A stretch of DNA of 64,000 nt. It comes from the human T2T-CHM13v2.0 reference genome, Homo sapiens. The position numbers and the translations under genes were made by a program. The notes under the pieces were generated by a model, which worked only from the letters and a program-made list of their open reading frames with translations, did not search any database and was not told the origin of the DNA. This document shows positions 13,119-31,824 of the stretch, one piece after another; within the stretch, counting starts at the first letter, position 1; the number at the start of each line of letters is the position of its first letter. The DNA is taken from NCBI RefSeq assembly GCF_009914755.1, contig NC_060939.1. One strand, 5' to 3'.

Positions 13119-13747
13119 GAGCCGTCACCTTCCTTTCTCTACAATCTGCATGGAAACTCAGACATCACAAGTTCACCCAGCTTGGATGATGATTTTCTCC
13201 AGTCTTCTAGGGGTCAGTCTAACAGTGACTTACACTACCCCCTAGAGTACTTGTCAGCGTCAAAATCTCATATCCTGAGATGGTGCTCCCTGAGTCAATA
13301 AACTCTAACTTAGTCTTACGTTCCAGGCCTTTTGATCACACATTCTCAAAGTCCATGTCCACTTTGAACTCCTTGGATACCATCAGGATGTTTTTGCAGC
13401 TTCTTTGGAATATCAATCCTTTCTTCTGCACATCTCCAGATGTGTTAACATACCGTAAGTTATTGATCTGGCAGCTAGAAAGGGAGGTGATGGTAAAACC
13501 TTAGAGGGGTGTCTGTTGCCTTCTAAGTAATGGGTCTCTAAAGTGTCTTCACACAGGAAGGGATTGCTAACTCTTAATGGGAGGAGAGGCAGCTCTGCAA
13601 GTTCTAAGGATTCAGAGCAGTCTGGTTTGTCAAAAGCTTTGTGTACAACCACCCAGCTGTCCTCATCGTTCGTGTCTCAGGCTTTCGCAACAGACCTGCT
13701 TCTTGGCTAAACATTCAGTTTTGAAGTTGTATGACTTTTATTATTGA

Positions 13748-14225
<478 letters not shown>

Positions 14226-15913
14226 AAGTAATGAGCTAATTCTATTGTACTAGTATGAATTGCTTTATTTCCATTTTTAAATGCTTAAATCATTGAAACT
14301 GCCAGGACATTCTTTTCCACCAAAACATTCTCTCAAGTTATTACCAGTGAACATTTTAGCATTTGTGCTATTATCTGGTTCCAGGGACTATCTGTGCTCC
14401 ACAGGGTCCTTGTTGCCATCCAGTCAGTAGGTGATCCAGTCTCCAAATCCCATTTTATAGCCTGTCTGGTTTCTCAGATCACATCTGATACTATTGTGTA
14501 AGTTGGGTCCCCATGGAGCACACACTATGATGGTGTTAAGGAATGCAAAAGGTTTACTGAGGAGTAATATCTGTGAAAGGAAAAATGAAAGAGGATTGAC
14601 AAAGGAGGTCAGACCATAATGCTTCTCAAGGTCTCTGCCAGCCAAGTAGGAAGTTTCAGAGTTTCAGAGAAAAACTTGTCCATTAGAGGTGAAATGATTA
14701 GACCATTTTTACCACAGTCTTACTCAGTTATTGGTTGGATCCATCCTGAAAAAATGATAGCTCAAAAATGTAAAGGAGTAAATAGCTGGAGGGTGTCAGC
14801 TAACTATACTCCTCATAGCTGGGTGAGAAATCTTTTCTTGAAGGAGTATCTGAGTTGTGCATCTCTATTCCTGCCACAACAACTCAGGATGCCATGCACT
14901 ACCTTCAATTCTAGATACTGGATAGATTGTAGCTTGGATCTCGATTTTGGGAAAAGGGGAAAATGCAGTTGTTTTTGCATCTGGACCCAGTGTGCTGTCT
15001 ATAGAAGTAGGCAAGCTCTATAAATGAGGACTTCGTTTCTCCTATTCTGGAAAGAAGGCATGCAATATGGGATGAACTGTAGGAACCTATTTCAAAGCCA
15101 AGAGCAGCTGATCAGCATCTATTTTAAGAGATTATTGTTGAAACATATTTATAGAGTAGATTTTTTCCATTGAACCGTGGATGCCACCTAATTATAGGCT
15201 TTTGTTTTAGAAAATCTATCTCTGAAATGGAAACATTTGAGTATTGTTCCTAAAGACCTGAACTGTTGTGTACTATAATAAAACAGAAACCCCCAAATTT
15301 GTCTTTGATGTAGGGATAGATATATCTTGATACTCTGTTCTTCGGAGAACTGTTTTCTGTCTCTGTGAAGGCTAATAGCACTTTTCAAGCAGTGTAAAAT
15401 CCTTCTCAGAGAAGAATTTTCACATTCAAGCTATTGGTTAAGGGAAGCATCTAAGACCAAGAACGTGCAGGAACCACCCTTGGGCAAGATCTTCACGTTA
15501 TTTGTGAGGAAGGACCTTAATGGGTCTGAATGGGAAATGCTGAGTCTGTGTTGAACCAACTTTGTGGAATTAAATGAAAGAAAAATCAGAGAATCACTTC
15601 ATACACTATTCCCTTTTATCTCTCAGCTGCCACATGCCTATCTCATTTAGGGTTTAGGTTTTGCCCTCAAATCGTTTCCTTATCACAGTCACCATTAAGA
15701 TCATCCTATCCCAGCGATGAAAGCAGAGGCCAGTACAAGTCAGAGAGGAGCAGTGGTAGGAGAATAGTCCCAGGGAATCTAGTCACACATTATGAACAGT
15801 TAGGGATGGGGGCTAGAGTGTGAGAAGCACAGATTTGCTTAGTTGGCGAATTTTCTTCCAAGTCTCATTATAGGGACAAATAAGACAATTGGGTATAATT
15901 GACGTGGGTTTCA

Positions 15914-16200
15914 TGTGCCTCCTCAGATTATCTTGGTGCTGCCATCTCTCAGAACCTTTCCCTCCGCCTCAGTTGCTGCTGAGTCTGACCCCGCTCAGGT
16001 GTGATTTCTCCCTGCATATTTTCCTAACAGATCCTGCCTCATGAGCAGCCTTCTGTGACCTGTCCTGAAGTAGCAGCCAACACAATGATTCGCCTGTTCC
16101 CGGGCCTCATTTCACTTTCTTCTTTCCCTTGAGGTCATGGACTTGTGTTTCCCAAACACATTCTCAGGTTCTGTTTTTGTGGGAAACCCTGGCTAAGTCA
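15914..16200 (+). mobile_element. Old ERVL-class LTR (LTR33/LTR16-like)
   Basis: Ends ctcaggttctgttttt...gggaaaccctggctaagtca, a typical LTR33/16/41 3' terminus. Confidence 0.45.
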
Positions 16201-16575
16201 GTAAAATTGATCCAAAGTAGGTTTTATCAGTCAGATATTGAAGCAGGACAATACACATATCCAAGCAGTTAGTGAGAATATTTTAGGTCATCAGTTGTGA
16301 TGCTCAAATCATATCTCCCAGCTGAGAAGGCCCAAATGACCACATAATTTGAGGGTTGTTAAAGAGAGATAATCAATAGTAGGGGAAGGTAGGCATTGGA
16401 AATCTGTATTTGCTGGTACCTTGGACATTTTATCCCAATGTAGTGGGATCTCCAAAGTACCAACCCCGTGGAATACTTTCAGCCTCACATATATGGATTG
16501 TATTCTGATTTTTGGTGGGGTGCCAGGTCGTGAAGTGTATGAACCAGACTAAAATCTTGGTCCAAATTCCCCACC

Positions 16576-17115
16576 TGTAGTAGCCAGCCTCCAAGATGGC
16601 CCTGGTGACCCTACCTTCTGGTGTTTACTCCCTTGTGTAGTTAGTAACCTTCCATATTGCACCAGGGTTTGTCTTTATGATAAACTAGATATGGCAAAAG
16701 TGATAGTATGTCACTTCCAAGATTAGGTTATACAATATACTGTGGTTCCATCTTTATTTCTCTCTCTTCCTTTCCTCTCCTGATACCCTTTCTTGTCCTG
16801 ATTGCCTTTCTTAGGTCACTCACTTTGGGAAAGCCAACTACCATTTAGTGAGCAGCATTATGGAAAGGTCTAAACAGAACATTCTTGCTAACAGCCAAGT
16901 TAGTGAGCTTGGATGCAAATCCTTCTGTCTCAATCAAGCCTCCAAATCACTGCAGCTCCGGTGCAGCTTGACTGCAACCTCATAGAAAATCCAGAGCCAG
17001 AACGACCCCACAAAATGACTTCTGGATTTATGACCCTCAGAGATAACACAGTTTTATTGTCTTAAGCTGCTAAGTTTTGGAGAAATTTGTTATGCAGCAA
17101 TAGATAATTAATACA
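16576..17115 (+). mobile_element. MLT1F-like MaLR solo LTR
   Basis: tgtagtagccagcctccaagatggcc...gttatgcagcaatagataattaataca. Confidence 0.85.
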
Positions 17116-17649
17116 CTGCTTGACCCATCAAGCAGATGGCTCTACTCTCCCTTTATATTTTGAGATTATGCTTTTACCATTGCAAAGGCTTTCCTTTTGG
17201 AACCCATTCTACCAGCTATCCCTGTGCCAATAATTCCAGATAAATAAGCCAGCTGTAGGAAATTTTTTTCACAGTGGCTGAGGAGCTTCCAAACACCACT
17301 GAAGAAACAACTGTTAAATCCATTTGCAGTTTGCTTTTCTGTCAAGTACTTATAATCCATTCCTGACTCTGTGGCCCGTGGATACCAAATGAAGGCATCT
17401 TATTCATTATCTTCTCCTCTTCCCTGCAGAGTCTGAACAAAAGCTTGTGACAGGAATTGTAATTTCAGTGAAGTCACCATTCACCATTATTGATTATTAA
17501 TCTTTCTCATTGATTTCTGGTAGCTTGAATAGCTCTGAGGAATGTGGGTCATTATAAAAAGAGACAAATTTGCCTCTGCCATAGATCCAGGTATAAACAT
17601 TGAAGATGAGTATGATTCTGAAGTTACAGACTAAGTCTACATGAATTAT

Positions 17650-18284
17650 GGCATTTGTTTTCTATTGCTGCACAACAAATTAACACAAACTTAGAGGCTT
17701 AAAGCAACACAAATTCATTATCCTGTAGTTTCTGTGGGTTAGGGGTCTACCATAGGTTATATGGGTCTCTGCTCAGGGTCTCATCAGGCTGAAATCAAGT
17801 TGTTGGCTAGGGCTGTGAGCTCATCTGAGGCCAGGATCACTGGTTGATGGCAGAATTCAATTCGCTGTGATTGAGACCTGAAGGCCTTCAGTTCTTAGAA
17901 GCTGTTTGTTCTTCCCTACCGTGTGGCCCTTTCTGCACCATGGAAATTTGCTTCTCCATTGCCAGGAAGAGAGTATCTCCTGCTTTGATTCTGATTCTTC
18001 TACGTCTGAACTTCAGAACTTTTTGTAAAAAGTTCTCACCTGATTCAAGACAAGTATACCCAAGATAGTTTCCCTTTCAATTAACTCAAAGTCCACTTAT
18101 TAGGAACCTTAAATTACATCTGTTAAAATCCATTCACTTATGCCATATAATTTAATGTAACGATGGGAGTGAAATCTCCTCATATTCACAAGTTCTGCCC
18201 ACACTCAAGGAGTAGGAATTATACAGGGTATGTACTCCAGGGGGTGGGAATCTTGGGGACTATCTTGGAATTCTGCTTATTACA
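17650..18284 (-). mobile_element. MLT1E-like MaLR solo LTR
   Basis: ttttctattgctg...acaaacttagaggcttaaagcaacac...tcttggggactatcttggaattctgcttattaca. Confidence 0.8.
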
Positions 18285-20180
18285 GTGTTGCTGCCAACAT
18301 CTTTAGGTAGGAGTAACTGTTGACCTGCTATGAGGTTCTGTCTCTGATTTTAATAATAGTTTATTCTTTAATAAAAGTAAATACATTTCTAAGGTGGCCA
18401 CAGTATCCCATAAGGCCAGTATTGTGGAAATATGTCATATGTGGGGGAGTAGATAATGCTTATTACAAGAAATTTTGTGGTGTTGTGCAAGATGAAAGCT
18501 TATGGATTCAATGATGAGAGTATATTCATTTCTAAGGATTTCAAACATATTTAATATCATCCACTGGCTGAAAGCATTGATTACCCTACTCGGGCTTACT
18601 CTCATAAGAATTTTATGAAGGAATTACTCTTATAAGAATTTTCAGAAGGAACATCTAATAAAAATAACAATGATAAAAAGAACTCCTTAATTAATATCAT
18701 CTCCAAATAGGATCCCACATTGTTTATGGAGTATGCATGAGCCTGACTAAAGGTACTTACGTAGCTTAAAGTCCAGACAGACATTCTGATGATGAAGCCT
18801 AGCCCATTTGTTATAGTAAAATGCAACATGAATGATGAATGTTATTGTTAATGTCACTATGAAAATAGAATTTATCACTTGCTATTTGAATTTTGTCATG
18901 GTGCTATATTGAATTATTGTAGATGTGAATAAATGAGATAAGATTCCCAAGGTGGTAATTCAGTTAATATGTATAGAGTGGCAATATGGGCTAGGATGGA
19001 AGAACCTCACTGGTGGTGGCTCAGATTAGCCATTAGCAGAAGAGAGGCAATTATTACCTCAAGTATGGGGAGTAATGCTTTATAAAATGGTGGAGTTCTA
19101 GGTGGCACTGAGTACAGGAATTATAGATTTCACATTTAGGTCATTCGAAATACTTGGGAATGCATGTGGACATGGGTGACCAATGGGAATCTGACATAAC
19201 CTATACTACTTTATGATCCTTGGTTGCTCCTGACTGATGGTCACAGAATGTTGTCTATAATGGTTAATACCCAAATTAGTAACAGAAATTGCTTGATTTT
19301 AGACATGTTTGAGGTATAATAACACAGGATATTGTACTCAGGGATGCTTGTATTATCAGTTTGACTCTATTTTGATGTTTGACTACTAAACAATTTTTTT
19401 GGACCTGGTGTGTTGCTGCAACTGGATTCTTTTTTTTAAGTCATCTTTTATTTTAGATATGAGGGTGCATGTACAGGTTTGTTTTATGGGTATATTGCGT
19501 GATGCTGAGATTTGGGGTATGAATCTCATCACAGAGGTACTGAGCATAGTACCCAATAGGTAGTTTTTCCAGGCATGACCCCCTTCCTACTTTTTCTGTT
19601 CATAGTCTGCAGTGCCTATTATTCCCATGTTTATGTCCATGTGTGCTCAATGTTCATCTCCTCCTCATAATGAGAACATGCAGCATTTGGTTTTCTGTTC
19701 CTATGTTAATTCACTTAGGATAATGGCATCCAGCTGCATCCATGTTGCTGCAAAGGACATGATTTTGTCCTTTTTTAGGGCTGCATAGAATTCTATGGTG
19801 TGTATATACCACATTTTCTTTACCCAATTCACTCTACCACAGATGGTCACCTAGGGTGATTCCATGTCTTTGCTATTGTACGTACCATTGTGATGAACAT
19901 ACGAGTACGTGTGTCTTTGGTAGAATGATTTTTCTTTGGGTATATACCCAGTAATGGGGTTGCTCAGTCAAATGGGAGCTCTGTTTTAAGTTCTTTGAGA
20001 AATCTCCAAATTGCTTTCCACAATGGCTGGACTAATTTACATTTCCACCAACAGTGTAAGTGTTGCTTTTTCTCTGCAGCCTCACAAGCATCTGTTTGTT
20101 TTTTGATTTCTTAACAATTGCCATTTTGACTGGTGTGGGATGTTATCTCATTGTAGTTTTGATTTGCATTCCCCTAATAA

Positions 20181-23298
<3,118 letters not shown>

Positions 23299-26200
23299 GT
23301 TTGTTGGCTGCTTGTATGTCTTTTGAGAAGTGCCTGTTCATGTCCTTTGCCTAATTTTTAATGGGATTGTTTGTTTTGTGCTTGTTTATTTAAGTTCCTT
23401 ATAGATTCTATATATTAGACCTTTGTCGGACGCACAGGTTTGTGAATATTTTCTCCCATTTTGTAGGTTGTCTCTTTTCCCTCTTGACAGTTTCTTTTGC
23501 TGTGCAGAAGTTCATTAATTTAAACAGATCTCACTTGTCAATTTTTGTTTTCATTGCAATTGATTTTGAGGACTTAGCCAAAAATTCTTTGCTAAAGCCT
23601 GTGTCAAGAAGGGTATTTCCTAGGTTTTCTTCCAGCATATTTATAGTTTGAGATCTTACATTTAAATCTTTAATCCATCTTGAGCTAATTTTCGCATATG
23701 GAGAAAGGTAAGAATCCAGTTTCATTCTTCTGCATATGGACAGCCAGTTATCCCAGCATCATTTATTGAATAGAGAGTCCTTGCCCTATTGTTTGTTTTT
23801 GTCAGCCTTGTCAAAGATCAGAGGGTTTTAGGTGTCTGAGTTTATGTCTCAGTTCTCTATTCTGTTCCATTGGTCTGTGTGTCTGGGTTTGCAGAAAGTA
23901 CCATGTTGCTTTGTTTACTGTAGCTTTATAGTCTGGTTTGAAGTTGGGTAGTGTGATGCCTTCAACTGTGTTCTTTTTGCTCAGGATTCGTTAGGCTATT
24001 TGGGCTGTTTTTTGGTTCCATATAAATTTTAAAATAGTTTTTTCTAATTGTGTGAAGAATGATATTGGTAGTTTCATAGAAATAGTGTTGAATCTGTACA
24101 TTGCTTTGGTCAGGAGAGCCATTTTAACAATATTGATTCTTCCTATCCATAAGCATGGAATGCTTTTCCATTTATTTGTGTTGTCTGATTTCTTTCAGCA
24201 GTAATTTATAATTCTCCTGTAGAGATAGTTCACTTCCTTGGTTATATGAATTCCTAGGTATTTCACTTTTTTGTGGCTATTGCAAGTGGGATTGTGTCCT
24301 TGATTTGACTCTCAGCTTGGATGTTACTGGTGTATAGAAATGCTACTGCTTTTGTACATTGATTTTATATCCTGAAGTTGTATTAAATTTATCAGTTCCA
24401 GGAGCCTTTTGGCAGAATCTTTAAGAGCTTCTAGACATAGAATCATATTGTTAGTGAAGAGAGATAGTGTGACTTACTCTTTATCTATTTGGATGCCTTT
24501 TATTTCTATTGCTTGATGACTCTGGCTAGGACTTCCAGTACTATGTTGAATAGGAGTGGTAAGAGTGGGCATCCTTGTCTTTTTCCAGTTCTCGAGAGAA
24601 TGGTCTACGTTTTGCCCATTCAGTATGATGTTGGCTATGGGTTTGTCATAGATGCTTCTTATTTTGAGATATGTTACTTTGATGCCTACTCTGAGGGCTT
24701 TTATCATGAAGGTATGTTGGATTTTGTCAGAAGCCTTTTCTTCATCTATTGAGATGATTATATGATTTTTGCTTTTACTTCTGTTTATGTGATGAATCAC
24801 ATTTATTAATTTGTGTATTTGAACTAGCCTTGCATCCTAGGAATAAAGCTTACTTGATTGTGGTGTATTAACTTTTTGACATGCTGCTGGATTTGGCTTG
24901 CTAGTATTTTGTTGAGGATTTCTGTGTCTATGGTCAGCAGGGATACTGGCCTGAAGTTTTCTTTTCTCATTGTGTTTCTGCCAGGTTTTAGTATCAGGCC
25001 GATGCTGGCTTTATAAAATGAGTTAGAAAGGAGGCCTTCCTCCTCAATTTTTAGAATAGTTTTAGTAGGACTGATACCAGTTCTTTTTTGTATGTATGGT
25101 AGAATTCGTCTGTGAATCCATTTGGTCCAGGACTTTTTTTGGTTGGTAGGTTTTCTTTTTTATCACTGATTCAACTTCAGAGCTTGATATTGGTCTGTTC
25201 AGGATTTCAGTCTCTTCCTGATTCATCTTGGGAGATCATGTGTATCTAGGAGTTGATTAATTTCCTCTAGATTTTCTAATTTGTTTGCATAGAGTCATTC
25301 ATAGTATTCTCTAAGGATCTTTGTATTTCTGTGGGATTGGTTGTAATGTTATCTTTGTCATTTGATTGTAGTTATTTGGATCTTCTTTTTGTTCTTTGTT
25401 AATCTAGCCAGGGATCTATGAATCTTGTGTATGTATTTGAATAATAAACTCTTGGTTTTATTGATCTTTTGCATAGATTTTTGCATTTTAATTTTGTTCA
25501 TTTCTTCTATAGTTTTAGTTATTCTTTTCCTTCTACCTTTTGGGTTTGTTTTTTTCCTAGTTCCTTTAGGGGTAAAGTCAGATTGTTAATTTCAGATCTA
25601 ACTTCTTGATTAAGGTACTTAGCACTGTACACTTTCCTGTTAATATTGCTTTAGCTGCATCCCAGAGAGTTTGTAAGTTTTATTTCTATTTTTATGGATT
25701 TAATTTTTTTTAAATTTCTGACTTAATTTTAATGTTCACTCAGGAGCTATTCAGGAGAAAGTTGTTTAATTCCCATGCTTTTGTGTAATTTGAAAAGATA
25801 TTCTTGATACTGATTTCTATTTTTATTGTTGTCTGAGAAGATGCATTGTGCGACTTAAATTTTTTTTAAAAATTGAGACTTTTTTATGACTGAGCATGTG
25901 GTTAATCTTAGACTATGTTCTGTATGTAGATGAGAAGAATGTACATGTTGTATATGTTGCGTGGAGTGTTCTGTAGATGTCTGTTGGGTTCAGTTGGTCA
26001 AGTATCAAGTTGACTTTCAGAGCTTCTTTGTTAATTTTCTGCCTTGATCTGTCTATTGCTGTCAGTATGAATATTTAAGTTTCTTACTATTGTGTGGTTG
26101 TCTAAGTCTTTTTGTATGCCAAGAATAATTTGTTCTATGAATCTAGGTGCTTCAATGTTGGGTGCATATATGTGTAGGACAGTTGAGTATTCTTGTTGGA

Positions 26201-27469
26201 TTGTACCCTTTGTCATTATGGAGTGTCCTTCTTAATTTTTATTCGTTTAATGTCTGTTGTATCTGAAATAAGAATAGTGACTCCTGCTTTTTTGTTTTCC
26301 ATTTGCATGATAGATCTTTCTCCACTCCTTTACTTTGAGCCAATGGGTGTCATTACACATGAGATGAGTCTCCTGAAGATAGTAGATAGTTGGGTCTTGT
26401 CTTTTTATCCAGCTTGGCACTCTGTCTTTTAAGTGGGGCATTTAGCCCATTTACATTCAGGATTAGTATTGATAATGTGAGATTTTGACCTGTCATTGTG
26501 TTAGCACACAACACACAATTACGTTGTGTTATGTAGATATGGTTGTGTAGTTGCTTTATAGTGACTTTGGGCTATGCTTAAGTGTGTGTTTGTGGTAGTA
26601 GATGTTCTTTCCATTCCATGTTTAACACTCCCTTAAGGACCTCTTGTAAGGCTTGTCTAGTTGAAATGAATTTCCTAACCATTTGCTTGTCTGAGAAGGA
26701 TTTTATTTCTCTTTTACTTATAAAGCTTTGTTTGGCAGGAAACAAAATTCTTGGTTGGAATTTCTTTTAAGGCTGCTCTGGGTCACTGAGAACATAATCA
26801 GGTAGAGCAAAGCATCCAGGTTGGGCAGTGGAGGCTGTATTGTACACATGATTTTGCATGGTGGCCACATAGGGGCCCTGGGAGGAGGTGGGGGACAGGA
26901 GGACCTGCAAAACAGATGTGCCCCAGTCCACTGGAGAGGTTGGCTGTGATTGTTCCTGGCTCAGTGATCAGCTGGGGTTAAAGCTTCTTGGAGGGATATG
27001 GGCAGCCCTGGGGAATGGGTTCCTATGACCATGCTCAGCTGCAGCTGCACTGTGCACAAAGACCCTGGTTCTGCACTGGCTGAAGACTCACCTCTGTCTA
27101 CTCTCTGAACAGACTCCCCTGTAAGTTCAAACATTCTTGGCAGATGTGGGGCTCCCTGTAGCCAAGATCCTAAAGGTTCCTGATGAGGGTGGGCAGTCCC
27201 ACAGTTCTTTCACTCACCCATTCCCCAGAAGCTGTTTGGGTCTGGGAACTAGGCCCAGTAATTGACTACTCCATGCAGGGTTCCCAGCCTTCTGTCTCCT
27301 CAGCCTCAGCATCTGCATCATGTCTTTATCCACTCTTGGTCTTGGTGTTTTCTTCCTAAAGATCTGTCCAAATTATGTTGGTTTACACAAAACCTTGGGG
27401 TCTCTCAGTGTGGGTGGTGCTTCCTAGCTGTGTCTGGTTGGCCATTTTATCCCTTGACTGCTGAAAATT

Positions 27470-29895
27470 TTTAAAGACTTTTTGTTTTAGAGCAGTTTTG
27501 GATTCATAGCCAAATTGAGAAGAAGGTACACAGACCATATTCCCTGTTCCTCTACATGCATAGCCTCCCCTATTATCAACATTCCCTACCATCGTGGTAA
27601 ATTGATTGTAATTGATAAATTTACACTGACACATCATCTGCACTCAAAGTCCACAGTTTACATTAGGGTTACCTTTTGGTGTTTTACATTCTATGGGTTT
27701 GGATAAATTTATAATGGCATGCATCCACCATTATAGTCTCATACAGAATAGTTTTACTGTCCTAAAAGTCCTCTGTGCTCTATTCTTTTCTTCCTCCCGA
27801 CCAATTCTTGACAGCCACTGATCTTTTTACTGTCTTCATTGTTTTTCCTTTTCCAGCTTGTCATATAGTTGGAATCACACAGTAGAGAGTTTTCCAGACT
27901 GATTTCTTTCACTTGGTCATATGCATTTAAGTTTTCTCCATGTCTTTTTATGTCTTGATAGCTCATTTCTTTTTAGTGCTGAATAATACTCCATTGTCTC
28001 AATGTATCATGGTTTTTTCATCCATTCATATGCTAAAGGATATTTTGGTTGCTTCCAAGTTCTGCAATTATGTATAAAGCTTCTATAAACATCCATGTAC
28101 AGGTTTTTGTGTGGCATAAGTTTTCAACTCATTTGGGGTAAATACTAAGGAGTGACGTTGCTAGATTGTATCGTAAGAGTATGTTCAGTTTAAGAAACCA
28201 TCAAACTGTCTTCCAAAGTGGCTGTACCATTTTGCATTCCCACTGGCCGTGAATGAGAGTTCGTTTTGCTCCACATCCTCGCCAGTATTTGCATTGTCTA
28301 ACTTCTGGATTTCGGCCATTCTAAAAGCATTGTTTCAATTTGCATTTCCCTGATGGCCTAGGATGTGGAACATCTTTTCAGTTGTTTACTTGATGTCTAT
28401 CTTCTTTGGTGAGGTGTTCTTTAAGGTCTTTGGCCTATTTTGTAATTGGGTTGTTTTCTTGTTGAGTTTTTAGAGTTACTTGTATATTTTGGATAACAGT
28501 TTGTTTTTAAATCAGACATGTCTTTTGCAAATAGTTTGTCCCACTTAGTGGCTTGTCTTTTTATTCTCTTCACAATATATTTTACAGAGCAGAAGTTTTA
28601 AATTTTAGTGAAGCCCAGCTTATCAATTCTTTCTTTAATGAATCATGCCTTTGATGTATCTAAAAGGTCATTGTTAAATCTAAGGTCATCTAAATTTTAT
28701 CCTAAACTCTTTTAGGAATTTTATAGTTTTGCATTTTACATTTAGACCTGCGATCAATTTTAAATAAATTTTTTGTAAAGGGTATAAGGTTTGTGTCTAG
28801 ATTTTTTTTTATATGTGGAGACGTCCAGTTGTTCCACCATCATTTGTTGAAAGACTATTTTATCTCCATTGTGTTGTTTTTATAAGAACAGTTGACTATA
28901 TTTATGTGGATATACTTCTGAACTTTTTATTTGCCCCATTGACCTATTTGTCTATTCTTTCACCAATATCACACTGTTTTGATTATGTAGCTTCATAATA
29001 AGTCTGGAAGTTGGGTAGCATTAGTTCTCCAACTTTGTTCTTCTCCAATATTGTGTTGGCTATTCTAGGTCTTTTGCATTCTATGTGAACTTCAGAATCA
29101 GTTTGCCAATATCTAAAAAATAACTTGCTGGGATTTTGATTAGGAGTGCATTGAGTCTATAGATCAACTTGGAGAGAACTTGACACCTTGACAATATTGG
29201 ATCTTCCTCTCCTTGAGCATGGGATATCCCTACATTTATTTAATTCTTCCATTTCTTTCAAGAGTTTGTAGCTTTTCTTAAATAGATCTTGTACATTTTT
29301 TGTTAGATTTATAACTAAGTATATTTTTGTATATTTATAATACACATGGATTTTTAAAATTTCAAATTCTTGTTTATTGCTGATATATAGGAAAGCAATT
29401 GACTTTCATATGTTAACCTTATATCCCACAGCCTTGCTGCAATCACTTAATAGTTTCAGGAGGTTTTTGTTGATTCTTTTGATTTTTTACATAGATGATC
29501 ATGCCATCTGCTAAAAAAAAGACTGTTGTATTTTCTTTTTGCCATTCTATATGCCTTTTTTTTTTTATTTTATTTTTTCGTCTTGTTGCATGAGCTAGGA
29601 CTACCAGTACAATGTTGAAAAGGAGTAGCAAGAGGGGACATCCTTACCTTGTTCCTGATCTTAGTGGGAAAGCTTATAGTTTCTCATTATTAAGTATTAT
29701 TATGTTAACTGGAGATATTTTTTATCAAGTTGAGGAAATTTTCCTCTATTCCTACTTTTCTGAGAGTTTTTATCATGAATGGGTGTCAAAATTTTTTTTG
29801 ACATCTATTGAATTTTGTCAAATACTTTTTTGGCATCTATTGATATGAGCATGTGATTTTCTTTAACCTACTGATGTAGTGTATTACACTGAAGA
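27470..29895 (-). mobile_element. L1MC1/2-like LINE-1 (3'UTR plus ORF2 3' part)
   Basis: ttttagagcagttttggattcatagccaaattgag...acactgacacatcat...caaagtccacagtttacattagggtt, followed by ORF2-like sequence. Confidence 0.85.
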
Positions 29896-30664
29896 AGTAA
29901 CTTGTTTTTAGATATCTTTGAGGTATTACAGCAAAGGATACAATATTGATTGATAGCTTGTATAATGCAGAGTCTGACTCAATTTTTGATATTTAACTAT
30001 TAATATTTTTAAAGTCCCTATTCCTTCCTTTCCTATTTCCTTCTTGACCCACGTCTGGGATAGTTAATAAGAAAGCCCACATGCTCCTTCTTTTGGTGCT
30101 GGTAGGATATTGAAACCACACATGCACAAGCCTATGCCTGGAAATCCACACACCAGCCTTACCCTCTTACCTTAATGAAACCCAAGCCAACCTTCCCGCC
30201 CTGCTTTCTCAAGCTATTTTCAGATCCATTTGGGGGTCCTCCCTGCTTCCTTCAGAAAGCCTCATTATGTGAATAATAAACTTTTTGTATCCTCTTAGGT
30301 TGTGTGTGTGGTTTCATCAGTCCTGACACATGTTGGTTTTGGTGGTCCATCCTGGCTCTGCAAGGTGACTATGACAATTGGTGCAGTGAACAAGGTTCCT
30401 AGATAATGATTACCACCACAACCAGGGATGCTTCTTTTTCTTGCCTTGACTTGATAACTGACTCTGATACTTGCTGGCTAGCAGGTTGTTCAAGTCATAT
30501 TATTGTTTGCTGCCTGCTTGCCAGCTTGTACTCTGAGCTACGCTGCTTTGTGTTACTGAGTTCTACCAAATCTCTCATAGATTAGTCTGACCTAAATTTG
30601 CAGTTTCAATAATTAACATTTAGTGACAGGAATATGAGATTGGGCCCTTTCAAACATGGCCTTT

Positions 30665-31065
30665 TGTATTAGTTTGTTCAGGCTACTATAAAATACCACA
30701 GACTGAGTGGCTTAAACAATAGAATTTTATTTTCTCACAGTACTAGAGACTAGAAAAGTCTAAGATCAGGTTTCCAGCTGGGTCCAACTTCTGGTAGGGA
30801 CTCTATTCCTAGGTTTTAGATGGCTACTTTACACCCCCATGTTTTTTTTTTCTTAATGTGTATGGAAAGAGAGAGAAGGAGAGTGAGCTCTGTGGTATCT
30901 CTTCTCATAAGGACAACAATCTTATTGGATCAAGGCCCTACACTCGTTACCCCATTTAACTCTAATTACCTCCTTATAGGCCATATATCCAAATACAGTT
31001 ATATTGGAGGTTTGGACTTTAACATATAATTTTTTTGGTGGGGACACAATTAGGGGTCTATAGGA
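30665..31065 (-). mobile_element. MLT1B/MLT1A-like MaLR solo LTR inside the provirus
   Basis: tgtattagtttg...aaaataccacagactgagtggcttaaacaa...ggggacacaatt. Confidence 0.85.
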
Positions 31066-31441
31066 CCTGACTTGGGTCTCTTGATCTGGACCTACCTGCA
31101 TGTCTCAGATTAAATTGTGTGTCTTGATTCCAACATAAGCTGTGACTGATGCTGGACTCAGGAGAATAACTCTTACTCTCTGGCTATTGGTTGTGTATTT
31201 CAAGCAGGCATTTCCTCTGTTCTATAGATAACTCAGTGGAAAGACTGATGCCCCGTATAATATAGCGCCCATCAGGTGGTCACTCATGTGGAAGAACAGT
31301 TACTATGTGGTATGCTAAGTTTAGTAAAAGTAAATGGCTCATTAAGATCCTATAAAATGTCTTTGTTGTTGCTACTGATGACGCTTCTGTCAAAACAGAG
31401 ATTCTTATCCTTAGGGTTATAAGGAAAAAGCATCCATGTCA

Positions 31442-31824
<383 letters not shown>

